From Balanoglossus misakiensis (taxonomy: Eukaryota; Animalia; Hemichordata), in the NCBI GenBank assembly GCA_040954595.2, contig CM082585.2:9846564-9910563 (forward strand): a DNA stretch of 64,000 bases, written 5' to 3'. Below, piece by piece: positions 13,327-43,736 of the stretch. How positions within the stretch are numbered: the first letter of the stretch is position 1; the number at the start of each line of letters is the position of its first letter. The translations under genes were made by a program, and so were the position numbers. The notes beneath the pieces are model-generated. The model was not told the DNA's origin. It searched no databases and was given only the letters and a program-made list of their open reading frames with translations.

Positions 13327-16300
13327 TACGTATCATAACGTGTGTGCAGGGCCGGTATATTTCAAACATTCTACCACACCTCCTGTGTAAACCATCTCGA
13401 CCTCTTTCGACTTCTAGCGCAATCTCGAGAATTGTAATCCGTTAATTGGTTTACTGAGAAATGTGGACTTTCAAAGAGTACACTTAAAGTTAAGGGAGGG
13501 GTGATTTCAACTTCGGTCATCGATAAGATAATCGTCTGTATCCGTGGTAGCACACTGAAAGCAGGTTCCAACACGTTTTATACGTAGGCGTGTCAGGGAA
13601 AATTTCGTTGCATCAGCAAATGCAATATTTGGCGAAAGAACGAAGACATATATTAGAATATTAAATGAGGAATGCGTTTCACCTGCCCATTTCTATTTAG
13701 TTTCGTCCACCTTGGTTTATTTCTCATTTTTTCGATTATTGTACGTCAAAAGAGACCAGTTGTGTCCCTGACGTTGGGCACGACTATCTCTCTGTCAGTC
13801 AATTTTATCATTAAACATACTGCGGACTTACAAAAGTACTCCCGCCCACGACAAGCCTAGAGCCGGGTTGAAACGGGGTCACTGTCGACAGCTCCCTGCA
13901 GCAGAATTTTTGTCGACTTTACAGGCCTGGGCTTATTTAGTTAATTCTGTCTGTCTCTCCGCAGGCCTGTCTCTCCGAAGTCTCTCTTTCTCTCTATCTC
14001 TCGCGAAGACGGGTACATACAGTGGACGACCACTGAACCCATATCGCCAATTGATCTAAAGAATACCTCCACGTGCTTCAAAGTGACGTTTTTTATCCCT
14101 TTGATAATACCACTGATCCAACCCGCATACCTTTCCTCTATTCATACGCACCTTGTTCAGACCTCGTGATGAATGAAATCTTTCCGTTCATATAAGAGAC
14201 AGAGATCGAGACGAAAGTGAAAAAAAAAATGGATTTAAATTTAGGGTCCGAAGTCGTCATGTCTAGCCTATCTCTTTCAAATGTAAACGAAATCCATGAA
14301 AGTCGCACTTTTGAGATTTAAAGTTAATTTAGGAAACTGTCCTTACAGGAGCAGTTTTTTTTTAATAAGACACAATGAACAATATGTTTAACAATCTAAG
14401 TTTTCCGCCATTATTCCACGACAAGTAATAACTGTATGCGTTGGCAAGTAAGCTCGGTATCATGACCGTACAGCTGAGATCACAATATTTTTTTAAATCA
14501 CATTTGCAGCGATCAGACTTATTTGTGAGAAAATCTGAATTCACACTTTTTGTTAACATTGCAAAAGAAATTAACTTTACATGTCATAAGTTGTCGCTAG
14601 GATTCGGGGTTAGGGTTTAAATGAAAGTTCCTGTCCTATCGGCAATAGAGCAATTTTCTCCTTGGCTTTTGTTCGCTTTGCTTTATTCTCCATGCCGAAA
14701 TCTCCGTTGGCCTGCCCGCGACACATCTCTGCCTTTTATTAAGGTTGTATTTTTAGAAACGGGGTTAGGCCTCCATCGCTTGTCATTCTTCTGTCGCGTG
14801 GACAGTGGTAAATGGTCTGTCACACCGACTGGGTTTCGGGGCATCCAGGTGTAACTCCCGGTGGGAGTGCGTCCGCGTGAGGTGCCAGCCCGCTTTGTGT
14901 GACCGAACCAATGGCCGCCTAGCAACCGAACAAGTCCCGGCAAGTTGTGCAGTGTTGGGGAACTAAAGGGGCAAAAGATCTATTAATAGTGACAGTACCT
15001 GTCCGCCGCACGACAGCAGAGCTTAGCAATTTCCAAGGGAATCCCGAACTTTTGAACAAAAGCACCCTTGTGTGCCAAACCTTCCTTCCTTTTTTGAAGC
15101 CAAGAGGCAGTTGCTTGCCGTTCGCTCAGGAATTTCTATACATGCAATAAAAAAAGCCATTCTTTGTACAGAGGATTTTTTCAAATGAACAAACGGCTAT
15201 ACCCTTCTTTGAAAAGCTAACATCGACAAAAGGATTGCACAGTTGAAAAGGGGAGCTCCCTTTTGAAAAGTCCGATAAAGGTAGATTTGAATATAAATAA
15301 CACGTGCAGGGTAACCTACATCTTGGACTGATCGGCCCCTACAGCAAGCAGGATGATCTGAACTGTTTTAAAAAGTGTCTATTTGATCTCCTAGGCCGAC
15401 AAAGAGGAAAGCGGTCTTGCATTTTGTTTTTAAATTAAAGATGAACGACTTGTCAAACTCTTGATGTATAAATGTCTCTGCACACGTGGCTACATACCCA
15501 ACGCCGCAAATACCTTGAGGTCGCTCAGCAGTGAGATTAATTTGCATATAGCGACGTATGACTCTCGCCTCAATGGTGGGTTCAGTTTCTTGCGCCCGAC
15601 CGTATGCAAATTACGCGTGGACTATTCGCTGAAAGTACTTGAAGCAAACGATGTACATAGCAACCATTGTCACTCTATTTGACTAGCAATAATCGCCGTT
15701 CCGCTCCTCACATTTCTATACACTTCTTTACGTCGCAAAGGAAATAACCTCGATGCTCATGCTCGGCGCCGGTCGGCCCCTGCGCGCCCATATCGAATAC
15801 CTGCTAAAATCACCTTCTACTAAAACGAATTTTACACGCCCTCATTTATTACAGGGAAAGTGATCACAGCAAGACCATTGAATCATAATCTCTCCTTCTC
15901 TGGCGAGAGAGCCAAACTAGCCCGATAACTTCTCTCCGTTGAGAGATCTACTTGAAAAGCCAGCGAACAATCTGGCAAATTCTAAAACATGGCCGGATCG
16001 TCTCCCAAGGAAAGTTGAGTGTGTGTTTTGCTTTCTTTCATTTCAATTAGCTGTGTAAATGCCTCTTTTATTTACCGTTCACTTTTGTTTCTGTGTAAAC
16101 TACCCATTCATGGCTATACGTGGGCGGCTTTTGTGGTCGATCACAAAAACTCTTCAGTCCGAGGTGCAACTCAATGCCCCCGCACAACTGGCGCATTAAA
16201 ACCACCAGGTCTATTACGTCACGACAGGTAATTTTGCGCGAAGAGCGGTCACGTGACCTCCTTGATTTCCCGTTCAAACATCCCGATGTACTTTATATTT

Positions 16301-19189
16301 TTTCTTCCTCTGTTACCGAAATCGATATGTATGATCTAAGTATCGCATTACGTCACATTTATGCTATTTTTATGGCGCTAATACCGGCAGAAAGGTAAAA
16401 AATCGAAGTCATCTGTGACACCCGTGCTCTGGCGTGGTAAATGTGTTCTGAACGGGGCAAAATAACGGGACTGAAAACTTTGGAATTTTTCTTTCCGTAT
16501 ATATTTTTTTATCCTTTTATATTTTGATGCATGGCCTTGAACGCACATGTCTGGACGAAATATACCGAAATTTCAGGCGCCATAGAAAATTTCTAAATCA
16601 CCACCAAGGAAAATAATTAAGTTAAGCGCACGAAACAGAGCCTATGCATGATAGGAGGGGGGGGGGGCGCAAAAGTACTGAACGCAAGCATGCATGGATG
16701 GAAATTTCACTGACAGTTCGGCTCGTTTTTGTCGGTGATGACGGCAGAACTCAAAGGATAGATCTACGCAACAGTTTGATGCGCAGCAGCTGGACGATTT
16801 GTCGCCCCGGAGCCATCTGAAAAAAAAATGTGCCAGGATTATAGAATAGCCGATTGCAGAATCGATTGAAGACTCCTGGCTTGTATCAATGGCTTGGGGA
16901 AAGAGATCAAGAAACAAAAGCGTCTATTTTTCCCGGATTAGGGCGTTCGGCTATATTCGGTTTTGACCAGCGGGTTCCAAGTGTGAGAATGGCGCACCTG
17001 TCGGGTGTCGGATAAAAAAGAGAGAGGGCAAAAATCACACCAGAGAAAATTGTCGGTAATACACGCATTGATAATCAGGAATTCTCGTTCCAATCGAGGG
17101 GAGCGCGTGGAGAAATTGATCCTGAATCGTGTGTCGTAATGTGAATCGGAATTAGTTCCGTGTCGGCTCCTCTCCACAATACTTGTGCAAACCAGACGGC
17201 CATTCTGCCACATGGTTAGCTTCGGATTCAGAATACAGTTACCTAATCCACCACGACGCGCAAACACAAAAAAACCTCGTTAAATAAACAAAGCGAAACA
17301 GTTACAGAATTTAAAGGCGACTTAAAAGGCCCCGGACACAAAAAGCTAAACGTGATGTTAACCAGTGCTCGCACAATACTTGGAAATTTCAAATCGATAA
17401 TGTAGGTTACCGGCAGTTTATTTTAGATTGGAGTCGCCTCGGGGTATAAATGCTGCCATTTTTTTTGTCTTAACACTTCAACTCCCCGACCGTTCGACCG
17501 ACTAATCTTCAGAACAGGCATTTCTCTCCCAAGAGAATCATCACAGCCTTGTCCCAGATATCGGTCACAGTCTGTGATGAAGATCAAATCAAAATGGCCG
17601 CCCGAGAAAGTTAGGTTTTAGAAGGGATAGACTTCCCATGTATTGCTATGGCAATGAATACCTACGGTTTTCCATCTGTACCGTGGCTGATACCCACTCA
17701 ACTCTTTCAAACGATACTTGTTTTAACCATATTGGTATCAAAGCGTTTTATTTTTAACGACACACAAATAATGCATGGGGCCATCTACCAATAAAACTTT
17801 GCTGACGTAAAAACATACTACTTAAGCTCTATATTTAAAAATAACTTCTGGTTTCAATTAATTAAATCTGACACATATAACATCCCTGTAACTGTTCACC
17901 TCGCTGAACGCGTCACTAATATTGATAATATATTGAGTTCATTTCAACTTATGATAAATGTCAATTGATTGAATTTATCTCAGATCAATATTGATTGGAA
18001 TACATGCATTCGTTTAGGTTAATTTATATAACATGCTAACACTGGATATTGTCCGCGATGTGCGGCGTTGGTCATCCTTGAGTCAATCCCAGAAATAGCG
18101 GTCTGTATACACGATTAAGCTGAACAAATATTTCTACAGTTAAATTACCGTTCTGTGTATATGTGAAGCAAACGCAACGACTTAGCAATGACGTCAGTTC
18201 ACAGTCGGCACCTGGATGGGTACGCGCATCCGGTCCATCCATTGAACGGAAAGACAAGCAAAGGACTTAGGTGTTGGCCTTGCACATTCATGTTACATAC
18301 CAGCTCATCCATGCATGTTTTGAGAAATCATAAAAAGTTTCTAAATGTGCAAAATCCATGAATGAGCTGATGTCTTTAAGTTAACGTACGTTTGATTTTA
18401 ACTTTAATATAAGAAATTGTATTGGGATTTTTCTGCTTGTTGAAACACGTCGGATTGCAATTTTCTCTCATCAGAGCGCGAAATCTCTTTCTGCTTGTTA
18501 TAGCGGTAAAGTATGACTACTTAAATGATGATACTCTACCATGATGACGTCTGCAATATCTGAAATTATCTTGTGAAATTCATTTCGATGTGCAATTTGA
18601 CAACCCACACCTTTACACTCCGCGCTCCAGCGTGTCACGTCGCGCAAATTACGCGTGTCCTTGGCGAGCTGTAAAAACAGTTACGCAACATGCCCATCAA
18701 CGTTTTCCATTGGGTTGTCAATTCGCCAATAATTGCTTTTATCTGCTCTGAAATGTGCATTAAAAGCGGAACGCTGTAGTAATTACATTAATGGACGGGT
18801 TTCCAGGGTATGAACAAGTTCACCCTTTTAATAAAGACCCGGCGAAATTACCTCGGTAACGTCCGTATAACAACGCCTTTGAATAATACCGAACAGCGGC
18901 GCGGACTTCTTTATTTTATAATTAAATGTTAGAACTTGACTTGAAATGCTGTAACTTAAATTGGTTGTCAAAACGCTATTGTACGTGGATCGTGTTTTGA
19001 CTTGTATTCGGTGAGAATAAAGGGCTCGCTTGTATTATACGCTCTATTAAAAGTGTCGATCACACGGTTGCTAAAAGAGGCTTAGGTAATTTAAAAAAAA
19101 TAAAACGTGGGAATTTATTTTCCCACTTGGTGAGAGTGAGACAAAATCGAACGTCCACACATAGCCAGGTTAAATGTATAGGCGGTCGC

Positions 19190-19243
19190 CATTCATTCAT
19201 TCATTCATTCATTCATTCATCCATCCATCCATCCATCCATCCA
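19190..19243. repeat. Compound (CATT)n(CATC)n microsatellite
   Basis: Directly visible tetranucleotide runs. Confidence 0.9.
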
Positions 19244-21295
19244 TGTGTGTCTGTCTGATTATCCCTGCATTCTCCAACCCTTTTGGCTTTGGACGACAGG
19301 CAAAAGATCACCAGCCTACACCATGCATATGCATAAAGGACAATTTAATTAAAGTAATGAATTTAATGATTGGGAGAAGGTTGGTTTGAACAGATGAGAG
19401 CCAAGAATAACCACGTCTGGAACAAGAGCACCAAGGCCAGTGAAGCAAATTACGAAGAGTGGAATTTGGTGGTGGGGGTAGACACGACAATACTTAAATA
19501 GCAACGACGGAGGAGAGTTTGCATTGAAGCGAGGCAGAAATGATGGCCGGACCGTCGAGTTTTGAGAGAAAAAAATAACGTAATAAACACAGTAAAATGC
19601 AGCTCTGCAATAAACTAGACAGTCTTGATCATAGGATTACCGCAGCGCCGATTTATGATATTGCATTAAATAGGGAAAACAAAAGACCTCGACACCTCTG
19701 TAATCTTCTTATCGCGTTATTAAACAAACTTAATCCCAGGGCTCCACAATGCAAATGCCCCCCCCCCCCCCTTCCACTGCTGGTCCCGAAACTGAAATTC
19801 GATTGGATAGATTCCAGCAAACCGGGAGTGTCTGCAGCTGTGATGAGACGGAACTGCATGACAATAGACGCGCGTGTAGCCCGCTAATTTTGTGTCGTTA
19901 TTTTAGGCTTATTGAGTATGCAAATATCTAAGTGGGTGTCATAATTTAATTAGTTATTATCTGCGACATATGTCATTATTTTTTATTAATAGCTCGGTGA
20001 ATTTAACCAGTTATTCAATATTAAAATGTCACGGGCAATGGAAATACAGACCATGGTCTGTTTGGTTTAAAATGGTGAGATATTTAATAGGTAACAACTC
20101 AATAAAACTCTATTATGAAAACACAAAATATAGTGCAAGTGCGTTGATCGAGCATGTACTTTATAGTTTTATATTATACATTGCCATTGGCGATCGCCCT
20201 CTACCAATATACTGCTCGCAAACATTGGGGGCGCTAAGCCAGACAATCTACATAGAGTCCTGTGGTAATAGTAGTGATGCTGTTACCATGGCTACATCTT
20301 TGCTGGTCTTGTTTGCCAGATGTCGAACCTGCTACACATCAAGACCGCTTATATTTCATTGTATTCTGCTTTATTACGCAAATAAATGATCCTTTCAATG
20401 AAAAAGACAAGATGGAATATGTTTCCATAGTTACAGATGAGAAAAAAAATTGTAAATAAGTTTCCTTTTTTTTTCGTTTCTCTCCAATCCAGGAAGGTAA
20501 AGGGACAAATTTCGTGTTAAATTACCAGAAAATATACACACACGGATCCTTAATGAGATACAAAAATAAGTTGTATGGTCTAATTTTTATCTTTTTTTCC
20601 CCTAATTGGAAGAGACTGAGCCTACATAATCTTGCAGCTAACATTTTATATGAATTATCAGACACTACAATTAATGGACTGCATCAAAAAACTACATTGA
20701 TATTTTCTAACATAATCTTACAGCAAAAGTCAAAAATAATAATTGTAGTACATGCATACATGCAAACACTGGAACAGGTGAATTATTTCTTTAAAAAACT
20801 TGCAGTGTTACAAGTTTTCTTGGTAATTGACGTACCCTATGCAAAGCATGCTGGGTAACAGAATGATGTCACAATTTCGACTGCAAAATGCTACACAGTT
20901 GATTGCTTGTTACTGTTTCTTTTATGTGACTGACAGCTTCCTTGAACTGATCCAATCAGCTACTTGCATGATTGTGGCTTATACCATTGTGTTGGGGGGT
21001 GGGGGGGTGGAACAAATCACGACAAGTTGACAAGCTTGCTTGTCAACCTATTCCTTGTAATTCCTGCAACGTTCTAAAATTCAAAACAGAGATTTACAAA
21101 CACACCAACGTACACACACACGCTCAATCCGAAGTAGCCCTAAGTGCCACAATATAAACGCACATGGACACCCTAGGTTTATCATAAAAGTCACAAACAG
21201 CACCCTCAGCCAATCTAACTTTCATCCATAATCAGAAAAATACCTCTCAAAATTTGCATAAACTTGTTCACAATGTGAATACAATGCTGAATAAT

Positions 21296-21713
21296 TTAAG
21301 GCCAGTAACATAATTTCTACATCCGCACACTTTCCAAAATTCAATATAAATTTTGCTTTCACTACTAAATATACAAATATTTCACCTCAGTGCCATTAAT
21401 ATTTAGATATACATTATAAACATCAGTCCAGTTATTTTAACTCACATCTGTCTTGGGTCGGCCATTTTGGTTCAGAGGTCAACGTAAGTGGAAGCTTTTT
21501 ATTGGATATTTGAAATCCATAAATGAATAGTTAAAACAGTTTTAGACTCTGTGACATAGTATATATTTCTCATCTTTTTATGAAAAATATTGATTTCCAC
21601 TTCCAAAAAAAAAGATCTCAGAAAGCATAATTGTGAATTATTAATATAAGGGGGAAATTGATTATTGATTAGTCCCACAGTATCAGGTTCTTTAGATGAT
21701 TGTTACTGGGCTT
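21296..21713. mobile_element. MITE-like element with terminal inverted repeats
   Basis: Left end ttaaggccagtaaca and right end tgttactgggctt (reverse complement aagcccagtaaca). No coding capacity. Lies just downstream of the MYO7A stop codon. Confidence 0.55.
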
Positions 21714-22153
21714 CTATTAATGAAATACTTTTCATTTTTTTTCTTTCAACCAAGTCTTTTTCCCTATTCCAAACAATAAAAAGATCAAAGTTTATAAACA
21801 TTTTTGCATCAGAAATTTGTAGTATGTCAGCTTGCCTTTTATGATAGGACAAAATTTATTCATCGGACTTTTGGTTTTAAGTTGATAATACCCTTAATGT
21901 TTTTTTGCTATAATTTGAATACAAAACCCTTACCAGGAAGTCCACTTCAATTATGATATCGTCATCTTAATAATTTCATAATATGGGGTACCATGCAAGG
22001 GCAGGGAACTTGAATTAAAAAATTCCCTGAAATTGCTTCTCCAACTTTTGAAGTACCCAGTTGTGACTCCCTAAAACAGTTCATATTTGCAACATTTTTA
22101 AAAATTTGTCAGCAAACGTTTCTTAGTACTTTGTGTGGCTTTGGCTCTTCAGT

Positions 22154-38175
<16,022 letters not shown>

Positions 38176-38484
38176 GGTTGCGGTATTTTTGATCAATCAG
38201 CTATCTCCTTGATAATTAGTTTGTTGGTGCATGTACTCCTGTAAAATAATAAAAGAAAATCAATATACAATATTTCCTGATCAGGGATTATGAAAAATTG
38301 TTCTCCACGTGTAAAAGCCAGCAGCCCAAGAGCAAAAGATTATAGTGGACTTACACAGAGAATTCATTGATAACCTGGGCATTGATATTTTACCACGAAG
38401 ATCCTTTGTTGCGTGTCTGCTGTACCTAATTCCGACAAATTAAAATAAAACTCTGGGACCATACACGACTCAGGAAGGAATTTC

Positions 38485-38660
38485 TACTGTTCTTTTCATA
38501 TTCAAATCGAAGTCTCACTGACCAAGGTTGTTTCTAGGCTGTTTTTAAATGCAAGACAGAATCTGGGCCCCTTCATGGATACAAAGCAAGGGATTTTTGT
38601 ACTGTTCACTTCATATTCAAATCCAGATCTAAGCCAAGGTTATTTCTAGGCTGTTTTTTT
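38485..38660. repeat. Local direct duplication (~60-bp unit, two copies ~115 bp apart)
   Basis: tactgttc...ttcatattcaaatc...ccaaggtt-tttctaggctgttttt occurs twice. Confidence 0.7.
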
Positions 38661-38720
38661 TTTTTTGCATTGTAACCTATGCAGGGGGGGGGGGAGGGGG
38701 GTCACTCTGTATACAGGCAC

Positions 38721-38913
38721 TTAAAGGTATACGGTCACCTATGGAAATATAGCTACAGTTACCATGGCAAATTGCGATCTAGCCAATCACTGATTTTCAG
38801 TGGGTGGCACACGCGAAAAAAAGAGTGCCACCATATGTTCTTTAGAACGCTCAAATACGCCATTTCAGCCATATATGGGCGTATGTAAATTGGAGGTGAC
38901 TGTATACCTTTAA
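38721..38913. mobile_element. MITE with TTAA ends and ~16-bp TIRs (Kolobok-like ends)
   Basis: ttaa-aggtatacggtcacct ... aggtgactgtatacct-ttaa. Confidence 0.85.
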
Positions 38914-41799
38914 CGTCCAAGCAAGCAGGTAAAAAACTGGATCACCACATTTATATGGGCGGATACCTGATCTCCAATTTCTGTTTGTACAGACTGACCC
39001 TAGGATCTCGCACTGCCCTCAATCAACTTTATAAACTGCACGAATCAAGATCCCAGATTTGCAAACTCTTGTCTACAAAAACTGGCCCCATATGACAAAC
39101 TAAGCAACAACCATCTCGAAAAAGCATTTCAACTGGTAAAGCACATTTCACATTGACAGAAATCGTTACAGAAGTCAAGGAGTGGAACATTTGTCGATCT
39201 TGATTGCCAGGTAGATCTCTATCGAACTCGGTATTTCGATGGGCACTTGAGGTTAAAGGTCAAGTCTGTCCCTGATAGATGCCTAAAGACCAAGACAATA
39301 TGGCAATCAAAAGAACACAATCGGTAGTCATTACTGTTTATGGCAATTGTACAAGTTGTTGCACTGAAACAACACTATTAAAGTGTGGCACACTAGTTCT
39401 CGCCTGGAGTACCAGCCGACTCATAGTACCTCATGAAATCTGACCTAAATTTAGTATTCAAACTTAATTAAAGGTCCAAAGGTACCTGAATTGCAGAACA
39501 GTTTAACAATCAGTTTTCACAGGAATCTCCAATGTAGCAACACTTCACTTGACCATAATGAATGTGGTTAATGTCCAGGGGGTTAACCCTCCTAGAACTG
39601 AGGTTACATGTAGAAACAGGGCAAAGTCAAATTTGATGCCATCATCACATCAGTTGGGCTAGACAAATCTATTCCGAAAATCACACCACTGTACCCTTGT
39701 CTGTCCTGGTTAACACCAACCCACCTTTTCTGCTGTAGGCCCTGAACCGTTACTGACTCTGACTACTTGAAATATATGGAAGCAAGGATTCCATAAAGGA
39801 ATTCACGGGCCATGTGACTGTGTAAATAATTATACTAATACTTCCAAGAACAATGGGAAGGTTTTCAAAACAATTCCCCACAAAAACTGGTTACAGGAAT
39901 AAAGCTTCTGCCCAAATGACTGGATGTTTTCTCAAGCTCTCCTGGATACAGTGGGGTCATGTATTCATCCTAAGCCTCAATGTCACTGTTCACGGTCGAG
40001 TGACAACCAGGCATTCAGGCAACAAAAGGAACGTCCACAAGGTGGGGCCCTAGTCGGGATCACCTGTACCAGGGGGCAAATGTCTCTGATTCAACCGGTT
40101 CATACTGAAATGTGTATGTGTTAAGTGTGCAAAATCAACCTTTCAACACCAATCATTTAGTAAGATATGACTAATGCTTTTGGAATTTACAGCACTTTAG
40201 CTAAAATTAATAATTATCATGACCTTACCACATAAAAATACATAAACTTCCCAAAACGGAATGATTGCATCTCCATTATTTCCGAACATTACATTTTGGT
40301 CATTATATTTCATCCATGAAAATAGCAAGTTTTAATGTTCTTCAAGACATTCATGAAGATGTTTGCCATTGCCAGAGTGCTATTCTTATCCTGTTACTAG
40401 GGAAACATATTACAGTATATTAAATATTCATACTTATATTGTATAAAACTATTCATGAGTTCACATGTTTACCAATTCTCGATTTTTTTAAATATTGAGC
40501 CTTGTAATTTTATCAGGATGGTAATTTTTCAATATGCATTTTGTAATTATAAACCTTAATTGATCTGTTTTTGTCTCTATGTTATCGTAAATGTAACGTA
40601 TATATATATATATTTATCCTCTCAATAGAATGTAAGGTTTTCAATTAAATTTTTTGCAAAATGATTTGATACATGGAATGAATGAAATCTGAAACAGTAC
40701 GGGACAGCAGATTATTTCATATAGTTTCAGATATCACCATCTCCCATTTGACGAATTAATATCGCACAGAATGAATTTTTAAGGCAATGATGACTTGCAA
40801 TAGGATATTATGTGACCCCACCATCAAAGATAGGTCAAGAAAGCATTTATAACCAAAAGGGCTGGGGCATCGTCCTGCTGATATTGTTCAATCTATGCAG
40901 CTAACGCTTTTGTTTTTTTCAAGGACTCTGCCACTCCTCTTTGCTTGTAGAAATTAAAACCACCATCAACAAACACGGCAAGGAAAAAGCTGATGCAGTC
41001 TACAAAACTTGTAATGCTCCTTCAACTACTTAAGCGTTCCACAAGACAGTCTTAAGACGTTTCTGAGACAAAAAAAATATCAATGGTTTCAAACGCTCAC
41101 CAGATTTTTGTGTCATTGTGTAGCACTGTGTGTTTTACTATTTGCTAGACTGTAGTGATTTTTACACTCAATAAACTGATAAGTTTGGTCAGAGCAATAT
41201 ATCAAAACAATCGCCATGGTGTAATTTACTGACTTATCTTGTTTCTTTCAAAGCAGTCTACTGATCTTGCGACAAGAGTCGGTGGGCGTATATATCTGGA
41301 CTTTGGGACTTTAAAAAATCGACCCTCTGTTGTTGATAACCCTTGAAATTAATGGAAATGATCTCGTTGCCAACACATGAATCCAAGGGAGAAAGTTGGA
41401 TGGAGAGTAAAATTGCCCACACCCATGACCATTCATGAGTATGACACTGATAAAAGTTGTGACTGGATTTGTTACATTTCAACATAAAGAGAAGTAATAC
41501 CTAATACAGTACATGAAATGAACCCTACTAGAACATCACATAAACATCAAGACAAGGCCTTTAAAACTGTTACTTGAGCATATTTTAACGTATTAGTAAA
41601 TAAGCATTTACAAATTATCGTTGCCAATGACAGAAAAAGAATATTATTTGCATCCAGGCTGAGAGACACCCATTGTATTAAAATACCGGAACTAATGCAA
41701 GATTGCAATCTTTCCGCGAATTTCCTCGATCAGGGTACAAAATATGCGAGATCATGGGTAACAATCATTCCAAACTGCTGTGAAAAGTGGCAGGTTTTA

Positions 41800-43560
41800 T
41801 TATAAGTAAACTTTCGAGTTGTGTTGGGGCTTTACGTAACGATTTCTATCTATCGCCACGGCCGTTATCGAATGTAGCAGAAATGAAGTAAACACAATAA
41901 TCTCTGATCCCGGATCACAAAACACCTATGTACTATCAGGTGGTTGGCGGGCCCCAGACAGAAAGAGTTTGACAGTGTGGACTGAATTTTGCCATGAGTC
42001 CACATTCCGGAGGTCAGATGTGTTGAGAACCCCGCCTTTGCAAAACAATAGAAAGGGGACGTGTCAGACGAACTAACTACTGCTTTCACTTTTCCGGGTT
42101 CGGACCGGTAGCAAACATTTCACCTGGTGTATTTGACGAGAGAAGTGATGTGGGGATAAAAGTTTTCTGCCATCAGAAAGTACTTTTTTCAATAACCGTT
42201 AGAGTCGCCATCGGGAGTTTTGCGAGATCGAGTTGATTCAAAATCAAGCGTTGCCAGAAATAGCGTTTTTTCTACAATATACCAAACCGAGTCTTCACAC
42301 ATTCACACCTGCCCTCGTGTACGTCCGGTAACACCTTTTCGTAACACCGACGCCGATGGGGACCCCAAATTGCAAGTTCTGGGGTGTACTTTATCATCAA
42401 AATTAGAACAGTAGGAAACAAATATGAGATCCTTACCTTGTGTTACAAGCTTATGATATTTCCAGTAGCACTTTTGCGCTCGGATGTCGCGAAATTCATA
42501 AGTATGTTGTCGGTGATCGCATTCAATTTCAACCGGCACACCCAATATGGTAGAACGCTATACGTCATGGCTTTGCGGAAGGATAATTGATAGGTAATTC
42601 CAACGAAGCGCGTATTTCCAAACTGTAAGATTGTTGGCTTTTTATTAAATTCACAACATTTTATAGGTTCTATTTTAGAGTTTACACATAGTATTTGTCT
42701 GTTTCTGATAAATAAAGACAGAACGGACAAAATAAATCTTGCGCCACAAACTGAGCCACCCCTAAATATAATGGTATGGCAGGGGAACCATTAATTTATT
42801 AACACATTACCCAAAATGCCCAATGCAACATGGCCGCTCATGGGCCAGAAGTCTGGTCAACTCTGAGGTGGTAGGTACACGACCTCCCGCGCCCGGTGAC
42901 CGCTCTGTGATTGTAGCATTAGGATTCTTCAATCGTCACCTCAAAACACATTGTAGGTAACAGCATCATTAACATTCGCTCATGGCAATATATGATTTCT
43001 TGATCGCCTTTTCATCACTGCATATCGCGACATCGGGGGTCAAAGTCCACATGTTTGCATGTGTACGATTTCCCCTATGCAATGCCTATGGTGCATAATT
43101 CAGGAAGACCTCTTTCCTGGATTATAGTTCTCGAAATATTTGGTCAACACATTTACAGGGAAGTCGGGCATATAATTTCGAATTCGATTCTGTCAGGCTT
43201 CAATCAATGGTACAACTGAGTTAATTTTGAGCTTTTGAATGAGTTACCCATCTGCCCAACTTCCGGGTTCAGTTGGAAGGTGAAATATTTCCTGTTAAAT
43301 TTCACGAGTTGTGACGCCGTGTTAAAACAAGTACGTGAGCATCTGGAAAATGTGGTGGCTGTGCCAGATTTGTATTTGTCAAATATAGATCTGTAAATAT
43401 ATGAACTTGGAAGGGATAAGCTGTCTGTATATAGATGGCGCTGTTCATCACCTTGGACACGTATACGAAACATGCCATTGCCATAGCCAGGTGCATCCTC
43501 CCAGGTGACCAAATAATAGCTGATATTAAAACCAGAGCGTAGGTGTCATAATAAGTAGAA
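41800..43560. promoter_or_regulatory. Putative divergent promoter region for MYO7A (minus) and the TPR-SGNH gene (plus)
   Basis: Locally CpG-rich stretch between two divergently oriented genes. Minus-strand donor caag|gtaagg at 42436 is a candidate non-coding first exon. ETS-type motif ACTTCCGG at 43259-43266. Both first coding exons begin at splice acceptors (38238 and 45185), so upstream UTR exons are expected. Confidence 0.45.
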
Positions 43561-43641
43561 TTGTTGATCGCGTAATCATGGAATTATAAAAAGTAAACAA
43601 AAGTTGTAACTAAAGGGCCTTTAAATTATGATAGTCAAACA

Positions 43642-43736
43642 TTAAGAACCATTTCACCACCATGGTTCAGTCCAAACCCATTGTTTCCTATGGTAAGATT
43701 GGACCTCTAAAGAGGGTATGGGGGTGAAAGGGTTAA
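43642..43736 (-). mobile_element. Copy of the ~90-bp piggyBac-like MITE
   Basis: Reverse complement ttaaccctttcacccc...ttaccatag-aaacaat-ggtttggactgaaccatggtggt matches 31287-31378. Confidence 0.75.

Noticed and set aside
10190-20400. Many short ORFs of 60-145 aa upstream of ANOS1
   Set aside because: No recognisable domains or consistent splice chain; consistent with random ORFs in non-coding DNA.
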